From NCBI GenBank assembly GCA_963788195.1, contig CAWBGA010000017.1, forward strand, positions 768,001-832,000: a stretch of 64,000 nt of DNA, in the 5' to 3' direction. Source of the DNA: Nitrospirota bacterium (lineage in GTDB: Bacteria > Nitrospirota > Nitrospiria > Nitrospirales > NS-4). The translations under genes and the position numbers were made by a program. Under the pieces are notes generated by a model. It was not told the origin of the DNA. It ran no database searches and worked only from the letters and a program-made list of their open reading frames with translations. Below are positions 43,460 to 52,931 of this stretch, one piece after another. Within the stretch, counting starts at the first letter, position 1. The number at the start of each line of letters is the position of its first letter.

Positions 43460-45058
43460 TCAAGTAGAACTCTTATCGAAAGGCGGCGGATCTTCCGCGA
43501 GCATCTTATACTCAATGCTGTCGGCCAAGGCTTGCCAGCTCGCCTCCATAATATTCTCAGACACTCCGACCGTGCTCCACTTCTCCTTCTGGTCGCCAGA
43601 CTCAATCAGCACGCGCACCTTGGAGGCGGTCCCCTTGTTTCCCGCCAGTACCCGGACCTTGTAGTCCAGAAGCTTTACCTCTCGCAGTTCTGGAAAGAAC
43701 TTCTCGAGGGCCTTGCGCAGGGCATGATCGAGGGCGTCCACGGGTCCGGCTCCCACCGCCACTTGGTGCTCTACCACTGTTCCCACCTTTACCATGACGG
43801 TCGCCTCGGAGATCGGGTCTTCCTCGGCGTGGCGCTTTTCCACAATGACGCGGAATCCCAACAGCTGAAAAGAAGGCTCATGCGTGCCAAGAATCCGGCG
43901 CATCAGGAGTTCAAAGGACCCTTCCGCTCCTTCAAATTGATAGCCTTGATTTTCCAATTCCTTGAGGGTGTCCAACAGTTCCCGGGTTTTGGGGTTGTCT
44001 TTGCCCAATTTGATGTGAAATTCCTCGGCCTTTCCCGCGAGACTGCTCTTCCCCGCATAATCCGAGACGAGCATTCGCTGCCGGTTGCCCACAGCCTCCG
44101 GAGGGATGTGCTCGTACGTGATCGGGTTTTTACGCACCGCGTCGATGTGTATTCCCCCCTTGTGGGCAAATGCGGAATCCCCCACGTAGGGCTGATGGGT
44201 GTTCGGCACCAGATTGGCGATCTCAGCGACGTAGTGTGAAATTTCGCGCAACCTGGTGACACGCTCAGGTGCGATCGCCTCATGGTTCATTTTCAAATTC
44301 AAGTTGGGGATAATCGAGGAGAGGTTCGCATTCCCGCACCGCTCCCCAATGCCATTGATCGTCCCCTGCACCTGGATGGCCCCCTGCTCAACCGCGATCA
44401 AGGAATTCGCCACCGCCATTTCGGCGTCATTATGGGCGTGGATGCCGAGCGGAACGTTAAATTCACGGGCCACTTCGGATACGATCTTCTTGATTTCCCA
44501 TGGCATCGTTCCACCGTTCGTATCGCACAAGATCAGACGCTCGGCGCCGGCCGCCTGCGCGCGGGTCAGCGTCAGAAGCGCGTAGTCGGGGTTCGCCTTA
44601 TATCCATCAAAGAAGTGTTCGGCGTCGTAAAAGACCTGGCGTTTGTGCTGTTTTAGAAACGCCACAGAATCTTCGATTAATTCAAGGTTCTTTTTCAATG
44701 TGATCCGAAGAGCATCGGTGACGTGGAGCGTCCAACTTTTGCCGAACAGGGTGACGAACCGCGTACTGGCCTCCAAGAGAGATTTCAGAGTGGGATCGTT
44801 GCGCGCAGCATTCGATGCCCGCCGGGTAGAGCCGAACGCAACGAGCTTCGCGTGCTTGAAGGGAATCGTTTTCGCTATGCGGAAGAAATCCACATCCTTG
44901 GGATTCGCGCCCGGCCACCCTGCTTCAATGAAATGAACCCCGAGCTCATCGAGTTTCTGCGCGACGCGTATCTTGTCTTCGACGGAGAACCAGACGTCTT
45001 CAGCCTGCGCGCCGTCCCGGAGCGTCGTGTCGTAGATTTCAATTGCGCGCACAGTCAT
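43460..45058 (-). CDS. cimA: Citramalate synthase
   Basis: [34 protein letters not shown] and FAHKGGIH, plus regulatory domain; CimA subtype of the LeuA family. Confidence 0.9.
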   Translation of the reverse strand: MTVRAIEIYDTTLRDGAQAEDVWFSVEDKIRVAQKLDELGVHFIEAGWPGANPKDVDFFRIAKTIPFKHAKLVAFGSTRRASNAARNDPTLKSLLEASTRFVTLFGKSWTLHVTDALRITLKKNLELIEDSVAFLKQHKRQVFYDAEHFFDGYKANPDYALLTLTRAQAAGAERLILCDTNGGTMPWEIKKIVSEVAREFNVPLGIHAHNDAEMAVANSLIAVEQGAIQVQGTINGIGERCGNANLSSIIPNLNLKMNHEAIAPERVTRLREISHYVAEIANLVPNTHQPYVGDSAFAHKGGIHIDAVRKNPITYEHIPPEAVGNRQRMLVSDYAGKSSLAGKAEEFHIKLGKDNPKTRELLDTLKELENQGYQFEGAEGSFELLMRRILGTHEPSFQLLGFRVIVEKRHAEEDPISEATVMVKVGTVVEHQVAVGAGPVDALDHALRKALEKFFPELREVKLLDYKVRVLAGNKGTASKVRVLIESGDQKEKWSTVGVSENIMEASWQALADSIEYKMLAEDPPPFDKSST

Positions 45059-46273
45059 CCTCCTGCGAGTCCGAAGGCCTGGTGAAGGGCGCGGATAGCC
45101 GGCTCTAGATGCTGCTCCTCTATGACGCAGGAAATTTTAATCTCGGAAGTGCTGATCATCATGATGTTGATGCTTTCCGCCGCCAAGGTCTCGAACATCC
45201 GCGCGGCCACACCTGAGTGCGTCCGCATCCCGACTCCGACGAGGGAGACCTTGGCAATCTTGTCCTTCAGCTCCACGCTCTTGGCGCCGATGTCCTTCGC
45301 AATGTGATTCGCCAGATCCAGCGCCTTGTGCAGATCGCCTCGGGGAACTGTAAACGAGAGGTCGGTCAAGTCACCCTGTCCGACGTTTTGGATGATCATA
45401 TCCACGAGGATATTCGCCGAGCCGATGGGTCCAAAGATGCGCGAGGCAATACCGGGACGATCAGGCACGCCGAGGAAAGTGATCTTCGCCTGATTGCGGT
45501 CGCCGGTGACCCCGGAGACCATCACTTGTTCCATATCACGATCCTCCTTGGTCACGATGGTCCCGCTGCCTTCCTTAAAGCTCGACCTCACGATGATGGG
45601 CACTTCGTACTTCGCAGCAAACTCCACCGATCGGCTCTGCAACACCTTCGCTCCCAGGCTCGCGAGTTCCAGCATTTCCTCATAGGATACCTTATCCAGC
45701 TTGCGAGCCTGAGGGACGATATGCGGGTCTGCGGTAAAGACCCCCTCGACATCCGTGTAAATAATGCAGTGATCGGCCTGGAGGGCCGCAGCCAAGGCAA
45801 CGGCGGTAAGATCCGAGCCCCCACGGCCCAACGTCGTGACGTCGTTTTTCTTGTTAATGCCTTGAAATCCTGCCACGACCGGCACAATGCCCTTGATCAA
45901 GCGCCTCCTTTACTCTTTCCGCGGTGATCCGCTCGATGCGTGCGCGAGTATGCGTACTGTCTGTGATGATCCCTACCTGCCGCCCCGTGTACGAACGCGC
46001 GTCCAATCCCATTGCCCGCAGGGCCATCGCCAGCAGCGCAATCGTCACCCGTTCGCCCGTCGACAACAGCATGTCCATCTCGCGCTCATCCGGAAATGGA
46101 GCGAGCTCATGGGCAAGCCTCAGTAGGCGGTCGGTCTCACCGCTCATGGCAGAAACGACCACCACGACCGCATCACCCCGCTGGCGCGACTCGGCAATCA
46201 GGGCCGCCACATGTTTGATGCGCCCGACGTTTCCGACAGACGTGCCTCCGAATTTCTGAATGACGAGAGCCAT
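45055..46273 (-). CDS. lysC: Aspartate kinase (one frameshift near 45895)
   Basis: [27 protein letters not shown] and two ACT domains; ORFs 45854-46273 and 45055-45900. Confidence 0.94.
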
Positions 46274-47505
46274 TACTTCCCGAGCAACCGCCCGATCAAC
46301 TTCCTAGCATCGTCCAGATAGACTCCCGTACGCTTGGCATCCACCTCATTAAAGCGATGCTCTGGCCCCGTCTTTTCCTTGCACGTCGGGCCCTCGAAGA
46401 GAGCATAGGGGACCGCCTCGTCGCTATGGTGCCGTAACGCGACCGGCGTCGCGTGATTACACGCCAGCAGAATGCGATAGGACCCCAGCTTCGGCAGCTC
46501 CTTTAGCAGCGGTCCCAGTGTTTGCTCGTCGAAGAGCTCTATGGCTTTTACCTTGCCCTGCAGGTCTCCTTGATGGCTGGCCTCATCGGCAGCACCCAAA
46601 TGGATATACACAAGGTCTTTCGTCTTGAGTTCCATGAGCGCCGCCTCGACCTTACCGGCATAATTCGTGTCGGCATATCCCGTAGCCCCTTGGACCTTCA
46701 CCGCATTCAAACCGCAATAAACTCCCAAGCCACGCGGAAGGTCCAGCGCGGAGATGATCGCACCGCTCAAGCCATAGCGTTCCGTCAACTTCGGCATCTT
46801 TGGAGCCTTGCCCTGCCCCCAGAGCCAAATCGCGTTCGCCGGCGGTTTCCCGGCTTCCTGTCTCTCAAGATTAATCGGATGCTCACGGAGAATGGGAAGA
46901 GCCGCCTCCATGAGAGCGCGAAGCACGTTTTCCCCTTCGCCCTTGGGCAAAAAATCGCCGATTGGTTTTCCTATAATGTCTTGTGGCGGTGAGACGGTCC
47001 CCCGGAACTTCCCCTCTGCCCATACCATGAGGTGCCGGTAGGAAACTCCGGCATAAAACTGTACGACTTCGGTGCCGATCTGCTGGTTGAGGTCATAAAT
47101 AAGCTCTTTCGCGTCCAAAGACTCAATTTGGCCCGCGCTAAAGTCCTCCATGATGACGTGCACACCGAGTTTTTTAATGTCATAGCCCCCGGTGTCGGCA
47201 CGAAGGGTGACCAGGTTACAACGGTAGGCGACGTCGTCCGGATTGAGGGCAACGTCAAGTCCCGCAGCTTCGAAGGGAGCAGGACCCGTGCAGTATTTTT
47301 TGGCGTCGTATCCCAGAATTGCGAGTTGGGTGACGTCGCTGCCTGGATAGCATCCCTCCGGAGTCGTTCGTACCAGCCCCAATTCGCCATTCTTCGTCAG
47401 ATAATCCATGTTCGGGGTCTTTGCGGCTTGCAATGGTGTTTGTCCATTCAGCTCGGCGGTTGGATGATCCGCCATTCCATCGCCCACTAAGATTAGATAT
47501 TTCAT
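46273..47505 (-). CDS. ApgM-like cofactor-independent phosphoglycerate mutase family protein (proposed alternative homoserine kinase)
   Basis: [34 protein letters not shown] and DEASHQG; lies between thrC and lysC. Confidence 0.85.
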   Translation of the reverse strand: MKYLILVGDGMADHPTAELNGQTPLQAAKTPNMDYLTKNGELGLVRTTPEGCYPGSDVTQLAILGYDAKKYCTGPAPFEAAGLDVALNPDDVAYRCNLVTLRADTGGYDIKKLGVHVIMEDFSAGQIESLDAKELIYDLNQQIGTEVVQFYAGVSYRHLMVWAEGKFRGTVSPPQDIIGKPIGDFLPKGEGENVLRALMEAALPILREHPINLERQEAGKPPANAIWLWGQGKAPKMPKLTERYGLSGAIISALDLPRGLGVYCGLNAVKVQGATGYADTNYAGKVEAALMELKTKDLVYIHLGAADEASHQGDLQGKVKAIELFDEQTLGPLLKELPKLGSYRILLACNHATPVALRHHSDEAVPYALFEGPTCKEKTGPEHRFNEVDAKRTGVYLDDARKLIGRLLGK

Positions 47506-47526
47506 TCCCTCGCTCGTGCCTCGCGC

Positions 47527-48582
47527 CTAATACCCCAGCACTCGAACAACGTCTTCCATGTTGGCTTTAATCGTCACCGGTTTCTGCGAGACCGCTATCG
47601 CGATGTCCACGTCCTTTAATCCATGGCCGGTCAAGGTACAGACCGCTGTGTCGCCGTCCTGGAAGAGGCCGGCCTTATTCATCTTCAGCACGCCGGCGAC
47701 CGAGGCAGCCGATGCGGGCTCGCAAAAAATCCCTTCAAGCGCCGCGACCATCCGATAGGCTTCGACGATTTCGTCGTCCGTCACGAGATCGATCTTGCCG
47801 TTCGATTCCTGGACGGCCTTGACGGCCTGGGCCCAACTCGCCGGGTTTCCGATGCGGATCGCCGTCGCAATCGTCTTCGGCTTCTCGACTACATGGCCGA
47901 GAACAATGGGCGCCGCCCCCGCGGCCTGAAATCCAAACATCCGAGGCAGCCGGCGGCAGAGCGATTGTCGGTAGTATTCCTGGTACCCCCTCCAGTACGC
48001 GACGATATTACCGGCGTTCCCGACCGGCAGGAAATGGTACACGGGCGCGTCACCAAATTGTTCGCACACCTCGAAGGCAGCGGTCTTTTGCCCTTCCAGC
48101 CGATACGGATTCACGGAGTTGACCAGGATAATGCCGTATTTTACGGAGATCTCCTTGACGATCGTCAAGGCTTGGTCGAAGTTGCCCTCTACTTGCAGGA
48201 CAGTCGCCCGGTGCATCATCGCTTGCGCCAGCTTGCCGAGTGCAATTTTGCCTTCTGGGATCAGCACGAAGACCTGGAGGCCGGCGCGGCCCCCGTAGGC
48301 CGCGGCGGACGCCGAGGTATTGCCGGTGGAGGCGCAAATCACCGCCCGCGCACCCTCTTCAACGGCCTTGGAGATCGCGAGCGTCATCCCCCGGTCTTTG
48401 AAGGAACCGGTCGGGTTGGCGCCCTCGAATTTGAGATAGAGGTCAAGCTTTGGCGCGATCGCCTGAGCAAGTCGCGGAGCCCGGACAAGTGGGGTGTTTC
48501 CCTCGCCAAGTGATATCACCGGCGTCTTCGCCGTTACGGGCAAGTAGGACCTGTACTGCTCAATGATCCCCCGCCAAGCCAT
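47527..48582 (-). CDS. thrC: Threonine synthase
   Basis: NPTGSFKDRG, CASTGNTSAS and PVGNAGN. Confidence 0.96.
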   Translation of the reverse strand: MAWRGIIEQYRSYLPVTAKTPVISLGEGNTPLVRAPRLAQAIAPKLDLYLKFEGANPTGSFKDRGMTLAISKAVEEGARAVICASTGNTSASAAAYGGRAGLQVFVLIPEGKIALGKLAQAMMHRATVLQVEGNFDQALTIVKEISVKYGIILVNSVNPYRLEGQKTAAFEVCEQFGDAPVYHFLPVGNAGNIVAYWRGYQEYYRQSLCRRLPRMFGFQAAGAAPIVLGHVVEKPKTIATAIRIGNPASWAQAVKAVQESNGKIDLVTDDEIVEAYRMVAALEGIFCEPASAASVAGVLKMNKAGLFQDGDTAVCTLTGHGLKDVDIAIAVSQKPVTIKANMEDVVRVLGY

Positions 48583-48583
48583 C

Positions 48584-49972
48584 CTACCGATCCTCTCCTT
48601 CTATACGGATGACTGTCGTGGGGGAGGACACCGCGGGCAGGGCGTCAATCTCGCGGAGCGCGGCGCGAATGTTTCGTTCCACAGCCATGTGGGTGGTCAT
48701 CACCACCGGCACCGTCTGCCCGTCCTTTCGCCCGCGTTGCAAGACCGACGAGATGCTGATGTCATGTTGGCCGAGTACGCCCGACAGTTGCGACAAGACC
48801 CCGGGACGGTCGAGGACCATGAACCGGAGATAATAGAGGCCGGTGATATTCTCTATGGCTCGGATAGGCAGCGGCCGGCGCTGATCGGCTTGAAAGCCTG
48901 TGGGAGGCACACGACCAGTAATTCCCATGCGAATGTTCCTGGCAATATCGATGACGTCGCTGACCACGGAGCTCGCCGTCGGCATGGATCCCGCCCCTCG
49001 GCCATATAGCATGATGTCCCCGACCGCATCACCTTTCACCTGGACGGCGTTGTACACTCCTCCAACCCGCGCCAGAGGTGAATCGTTCGAAATCATGGTG
49101 GGATGGACGCGGGCTTCCAGCTCACCGGGGGCCTGTGCGTCCGTTCCCTTGACATGAACCTCATGGCCGAGGCCCTGTTCATGCAGCTTCGCGATCGCGA
49201 GAAGTTTGATGGTGTAACCGAATTCCGTGGCATACTGGATATCCATCGGTGTAATACCTCTGATGCCTTCGACATACACCTCCTTAAAATTCACGGGGGA
49301 GCCAAAGGCCAGGTTCACCAGTATCGCGAGCTTATGGGCGGCATCGATACCTGCCACGTCAAAGGTGGGATCGGATTCGGCATAGCCGGCCTTCTGGGCT
49401 TCCGCCAGGACCGTGTCAAAGGGCTGCCCGGCGTCGGTCATGCGGCTGAGAATGTAGTTTGACGTCCCATTGACGATCCCGTAAAGACTCAGCAGTCGAT
49501 TTGCCGCCAACCCCTCGGTCAGCGTCCGAAGGATTGGAATGCCGCCGCATACGCTCGCCTCAAAGCCGATATCCACCTTCGCCCGCGAGGCCGCCTGAAA
49601 CAGTTCTTCCCCATGAACCGCAAGCAGCGCCTTGTTCGCAGTCACGACATGCTTTCCCTTGGCCATCGCGTCCAGCAACAAGCGCTTGGCGGGATCGTAC
49701 CCGCCGATGAGCTCGACTACGACGTCGATTTCGGGATCATCAATAATCTGTCGCGCGTCGGTCGTCAGGATGTCGCCCGGGATGATGACTCCCCGATCGG
49801 CAGTAATGTTGAGATCGGCGACCTTTTTTAACACCAGGGGAAGGCCCAGCCGGCGACGGATAGGACCAGCATTGGCCGTGAGGATCTTGGCCACGCCCGT
49901 GCCGATGGTGCCGAATCCGATCAACCCGATTGCGATGTGATTCTTCACGGCTGGCCGAGTCGCACGCGTCAA
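48584..49972 (-). CDS. hom: Homoserine dehydrogenase
   Basis: [36 protein letters not shown] and a C-terminal ACT domain. Confidence 0.96.
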   Translation of the reverse strand: MTRATRPAVKNHIAIGLIGFGTIGTGVAKILTANAGPIRRRLGLPLVLKKVADLNITADRGVIIPGDILTTDARQIIDDPEIDVVVELIGGYDPAKRLLLDAMAKGKHVVTANKALLAVHGEELFQAASRAKVDIGFEASVCGGIPILRTLTEGLAANRLLSLYGIVNGTSNYILSRMTDAGQPFDTVLAEAQKAGYAESDPTFDVAGIDAAHKLAILVNLAFGSPVNFKEVYVEGIRGITPMDIQYATEFGYTIKLLAIAKLHEQGLGHEVHVKGTDAQAPGELEARVHPTMISNDSPLARVGGVYNAVQVKGDAVGDIMLYGRGAGSMPTASSVVSDVIDIARNIRMGITGRVPPTGFQADQRRPLPIRAIENITGLYYLRFMVLDRPGVLSQLSGVLGQHDISISSVLQRGRKDGQTVPVVMTTHMAVERNIRAALREIDALPAVSSPTTVIRIEGEDR

Positions 49973-51165
49973 TCCTGGCCTTCAGCCAATTTCAGCATCT
50001 TCTTGAACCCGCGAATCGCCTGCCGGGTACGATGCTCATTCTCGACCAAGCCGAATCTCACATGCTCATCACCGCCCTCGCCAAACCCAATGCCCGGCGA
50101 GACGGCCACCTTGGCGTCGCGTAGCAACAGCTTCGCAAACTCCAGTGAGCCCGCCTGCCGATACGCGTCGGGAATACGCGCCCACACAAACATGGTCGCC
50201 AAGGGCTTCTCAACTTTCCATCCGATGCGGTTTAAACCGTCTACCAGCGTGTCCCTCCGGCTGCGATACATCGCCACGGTTTCGCGCACACAGTCCTGAG
50301 GCCCATTCAACGCGATGATCCCGGCGATCTGAATGGGCTGAAAGATGCCATAGTCGAGATAACTCTTAATCTTCTGCAGAGCGGCGATCATCTTAGTGTT
50401 GCCGACGCAAAAGCCGACACGCCAGCCGGGCATGCTATAGCTCTTGGACAGGGTGAAAAACTCCACTCCGACATCCTTGGCTCCCGGCACTTGCATAAAA
50501 CTCGGCGCCTTGTATCCGTCGAAGACAATGTCCGCATAAGCCAGATCGTGGACGACATATAGGTTGTTCTCTTTTGCAAACGCCACCACTTTTTTGAAGA
50601 ACGCCAGATCCACCACTGCGGCGGTGGGATTATGGGGAAAGCTGAGGATCAATATTTTTGGCCGCGGCAGTGTTTGCCGGAAGGCGGAGAGCATGTCCTC
50701 AAAGAAGTCGCCGTCTTGGCGCAAGGGAAATCCCCGTACCTGCCCGCCCGCGATGATCACGCTGTAGGGATGGATGGGGTAGCTCGGCGTCGGCGTCAGC
50801 ACGACATCGCCCGGAGCTACCATCGCCAATGCCAGGTGGGCCAGACCTTCCTTGGATCCCATCGTGACAATGGCTTCCGTCTCAGGATCAATGCTGACGT
50901 CGTAATTGCGCTGATACCATGCGGAGATCGCGTGACGCAGCTTTGTAATACCGCGCGATGCCGAGTAGCGGTGATTTTTAGGATTTTTTGCGGCCTCGAT
51001 CAGTTTTTCGACGACGTGCGGCGGCGACGGTGAATCCGGGTTCCCCATGCCGAAGTCGATAATGTCCTCCCCCGCTTGACGGGCCTTCAACTTAAGTGCC
51101 TGAACCTCATTAAAGACATAGGGAGGCAGCCGATTGATTCGGAAGAATCCTTCATTGTGCGTCAT
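49969..51165 (-). CDS. alaC: Class I/II PLP aminotransferase, AlaC-like
   Basis: [44 protein letters not shown] and KSYLDYG. Confidence 0.85.
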   Translation of the reverse strand: MTHNEGFFRINRLPPYVFNEVQALKLKARQAGEDIIDFGMGNPDSPSPPHVVEKLIEAAKNPKNHRYSASRGITKLRHAISAWYQRNYDVSIDPETEAIVTMGSKEGLAHLALAMVAPGDVVLTPTPSYPIHPYSVIIAGGQVRGFPLRQDGDFFEDMLSAFRQTLPRPKILILSFPHNPTAAVVDLAFFKKVVAFAKENNLYVVHDLAYADIVFDGYKAPSFMQVPGAKDVGVEFFTLSKSYSMPGWRVGFCVGNTKMIAALQKIKSYLDYGIFQPIQIAGIIALNGPQDCVRETVAMYRSRRDTLVDGLNRIGWKVEKPLATMFVWARIPDAYRQAGSLEFAKLLLRDAKVAVSPGIGFGEGGDEHVRFGLVENEHRTRQAIRGFKKMLKLAEGQD

Positions 51166-51209
51166 GCTGTTATGAGCTCACGAAATGAGGGGACCACTTA
51201 GAGAGGCAG

Positions 51210-51238
51210 ATTTTAAGCCAGGAAGCGCAACTTGTCAA
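51210..51238 (-). promoter_or_regulatory. Sigma70 promoter of the alaC-hom-thrC operon
   Basis: Minus strand TTGACA-N17-TAAAAT, about 45 bp upstream of the ATG. Confidence 0.7.
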
Positions 51239-51294
51239 ATATTCTAAGGCCTTTGGCTTCCTCGGGAGCATCCAGAATTATGGATATGTAGAGG

Positions 51295-51415
51295 GATCCG
51301 CTCCGGCGGTCAGCGCCGCTTCCAGAATCAGCACGCCCCAAAATAGACTTTACCTTGGGGCTGCGCTGGTTGCGGAAATCTATTTGCTGAAAGATGTTGC
51401 CCGGCGGAGCACATC
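51295..51415. other. Long imperfect nested hairpin (structured element of unknown type)
   Basis: Nested pairs GCTCCGGCGG/CCGGCGGAGC, TCAGC/GCTGA, TTCC/GGAA, AATCAGC/GCTGGTT and GCCCCAA/TTGGGGC. Confidence 0.55.
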
Positions 51416-51467
51416 GGTAATCAGGCGACTACGCGATCATCGAAAGAAACGTCATGCTATATAGAGG

Positions 51468-52376
51468 TTATTTATGTCGAAGTCTCCACCAGACTAAGCC
51501 GGTCAGACCGGAACCCAACAGAAGAACCGTCGCAGGTTCAGGGACGGTGCCGGGGGTGCCGGGAGTGCTGGGAGTGCCGGGAGTGACTGGACCGGTACCC
51601 GGGGTGTTTTCACCCGCCTGCAAGATGGATATGAACGCAGCGCTATCGAGAATGGCGTCATTGACATCGCCTACTTCAAAAAGGAGCGTATGGGGGCCCG
51701 CTGACAGCTGAGTCGCGGTAAACGTCTGCAATTTCAGCAGGCCGTGGGGATCGGAAAAAGCGGTATTCGTATCGGCCGTAGTGAGCTGAGCTGCGAAGGT
51801 GGCTCCGACCTGGACAGCATTGTTGCTTGCGTCGAATGAAATCTGGTTTGCCGTTCCTGTCCCGTCGAGAAACGCCAGGAAAGCGTCAGTGAAACTACTG
51901 GTAAATACGGGAAACTCCACCGACCCGAAGACGAACTCAAAACCGACCTGGCTGGGAGCACTCAGCGTAAAGTTAACCTGCAGGGCCGCTACGTCATTCG
52001 AGTCACTAAAGTTCGTTATGTGGCCGGGTCCGTAGGCATCAAACTCGGTTGTGCCACCCGCTCCCGTAGATGTACTGGGTGAACTTCCCGTGCTGTGGAA
52101 TGCCGCCGTCGTTTCGATGACTTGGCCGCTTGACAACACCACGCCATTACCGATGGTAACGGGCGAACTTGTGAAGCCTGTGTAGGTCCCGAATTGGCTT
52201 GCGGCACCATTATTAATCGTGACGCTCGTGATGGTCAGACCGCCACCACTTAACGCGTTCGCAAGGTCCGTAGGGTTGTTTGTCTGGGTGATGGTCAAAG
52301 CGGAGGCGGACAGAACGGTGGCGAAAATCGTCCCACATACCGTCGCGAAGACGGTGCCTACGAATGTCTTACTCAT
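51468..52376 (-). CDS. PEP-CTERM sorting-signal surface protein with a choice-of-anchor-L-like domain
   Basis: Signal peptide; GVVLSSG, FVFGSVEFP and GDVNDAILDSAAF; TPG-repeat linker; VPEPATVLLLGSGLTGLVWWRLRHK. Confidence 0.9.
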   Translation of the reverse strand: MSKTFVGTVFATVCGTIFATVLSASALTITQTNNPTDLANALSGGGLTITSVTINNGAASQFGTYTGFTSSPVTIGNGVVLSSGQVIETTAAFHSTGSSPSTSTGAGGTTEFDAYGPGHITNFSDSNDVAALQVNFTLSAPSQVGFEFVFGSVEFPVFTSSFTDAFLAFLDGTGTANQISFDASNNAVQVGATFAAQLTTADTNTAFSDPHGLLKLQTFTATQLSAGPHTLLFEVGDVNDAILDSAAFISILQAGENTPGTGPVTPGTPSTPGTPGTVPEPATVLLLGSGLTGLVWWRLRHK

Positions 52377-52437
52377 TTTCGTCGCTCCCTCTCGAGTAGT
52401 TAAAACAAAAGGTATTAAGTACCGACCGACCAGTTAA

Positions 52438-52555
52438 TACAAATTCTGTGCCTAGCGCTATCGTAATTAAAATGACTCGGCTTTATAGCTACTTACGTGT
52501 GCCGCGGAATATTTAACGATAACCGCCTATAGAGAAGTGTCTGTTTTTCTGACAC
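52438..52555 (-). promoter_or_regulatory. Sigma54-like promoter plus upstream palindromic enhancer for the PEP-CTERM gene
   Basis: AGGCAC-AGAAT-TTGTA at 52453-52438, and GTGTC-N9-GACAC (TGT-N11-ACA) at 52537-52555. Confidence 0.6.
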
Positions 52556-52931
52556 ACAAACGTGGAAAGAATCCCGATATCTACGTAGATCCTTTGCATT
52601 TTCGTGAAAAACCGATCAGTTACCGTGGACCTTACATGAGTTAAAGCTGTCGCCTTTCTGGACACCACTTTCTGCTGGTGTCCCCCCCTCGAGAACCATT
52701 GCTTCAAGCGGCAACGGCTGAAAATCGGCCAGACTCGGCCTGCCTCACTGAGCGAAGCAATGCTAAATCCGTCGCTTTGCTCAGCGATGACATCGGTCGA
52801 ACCTCAAGACGAACTGGGGTCGGACTAGAGGATGACATGGGAGAATCTGGTGTCCGTCCAGGGGCGGCGCTAAAAAAGGATGTGCTATTATCGTCAGATT
52901 CGGAATTTACGGGAGCAGGCCGAAGAAAACT

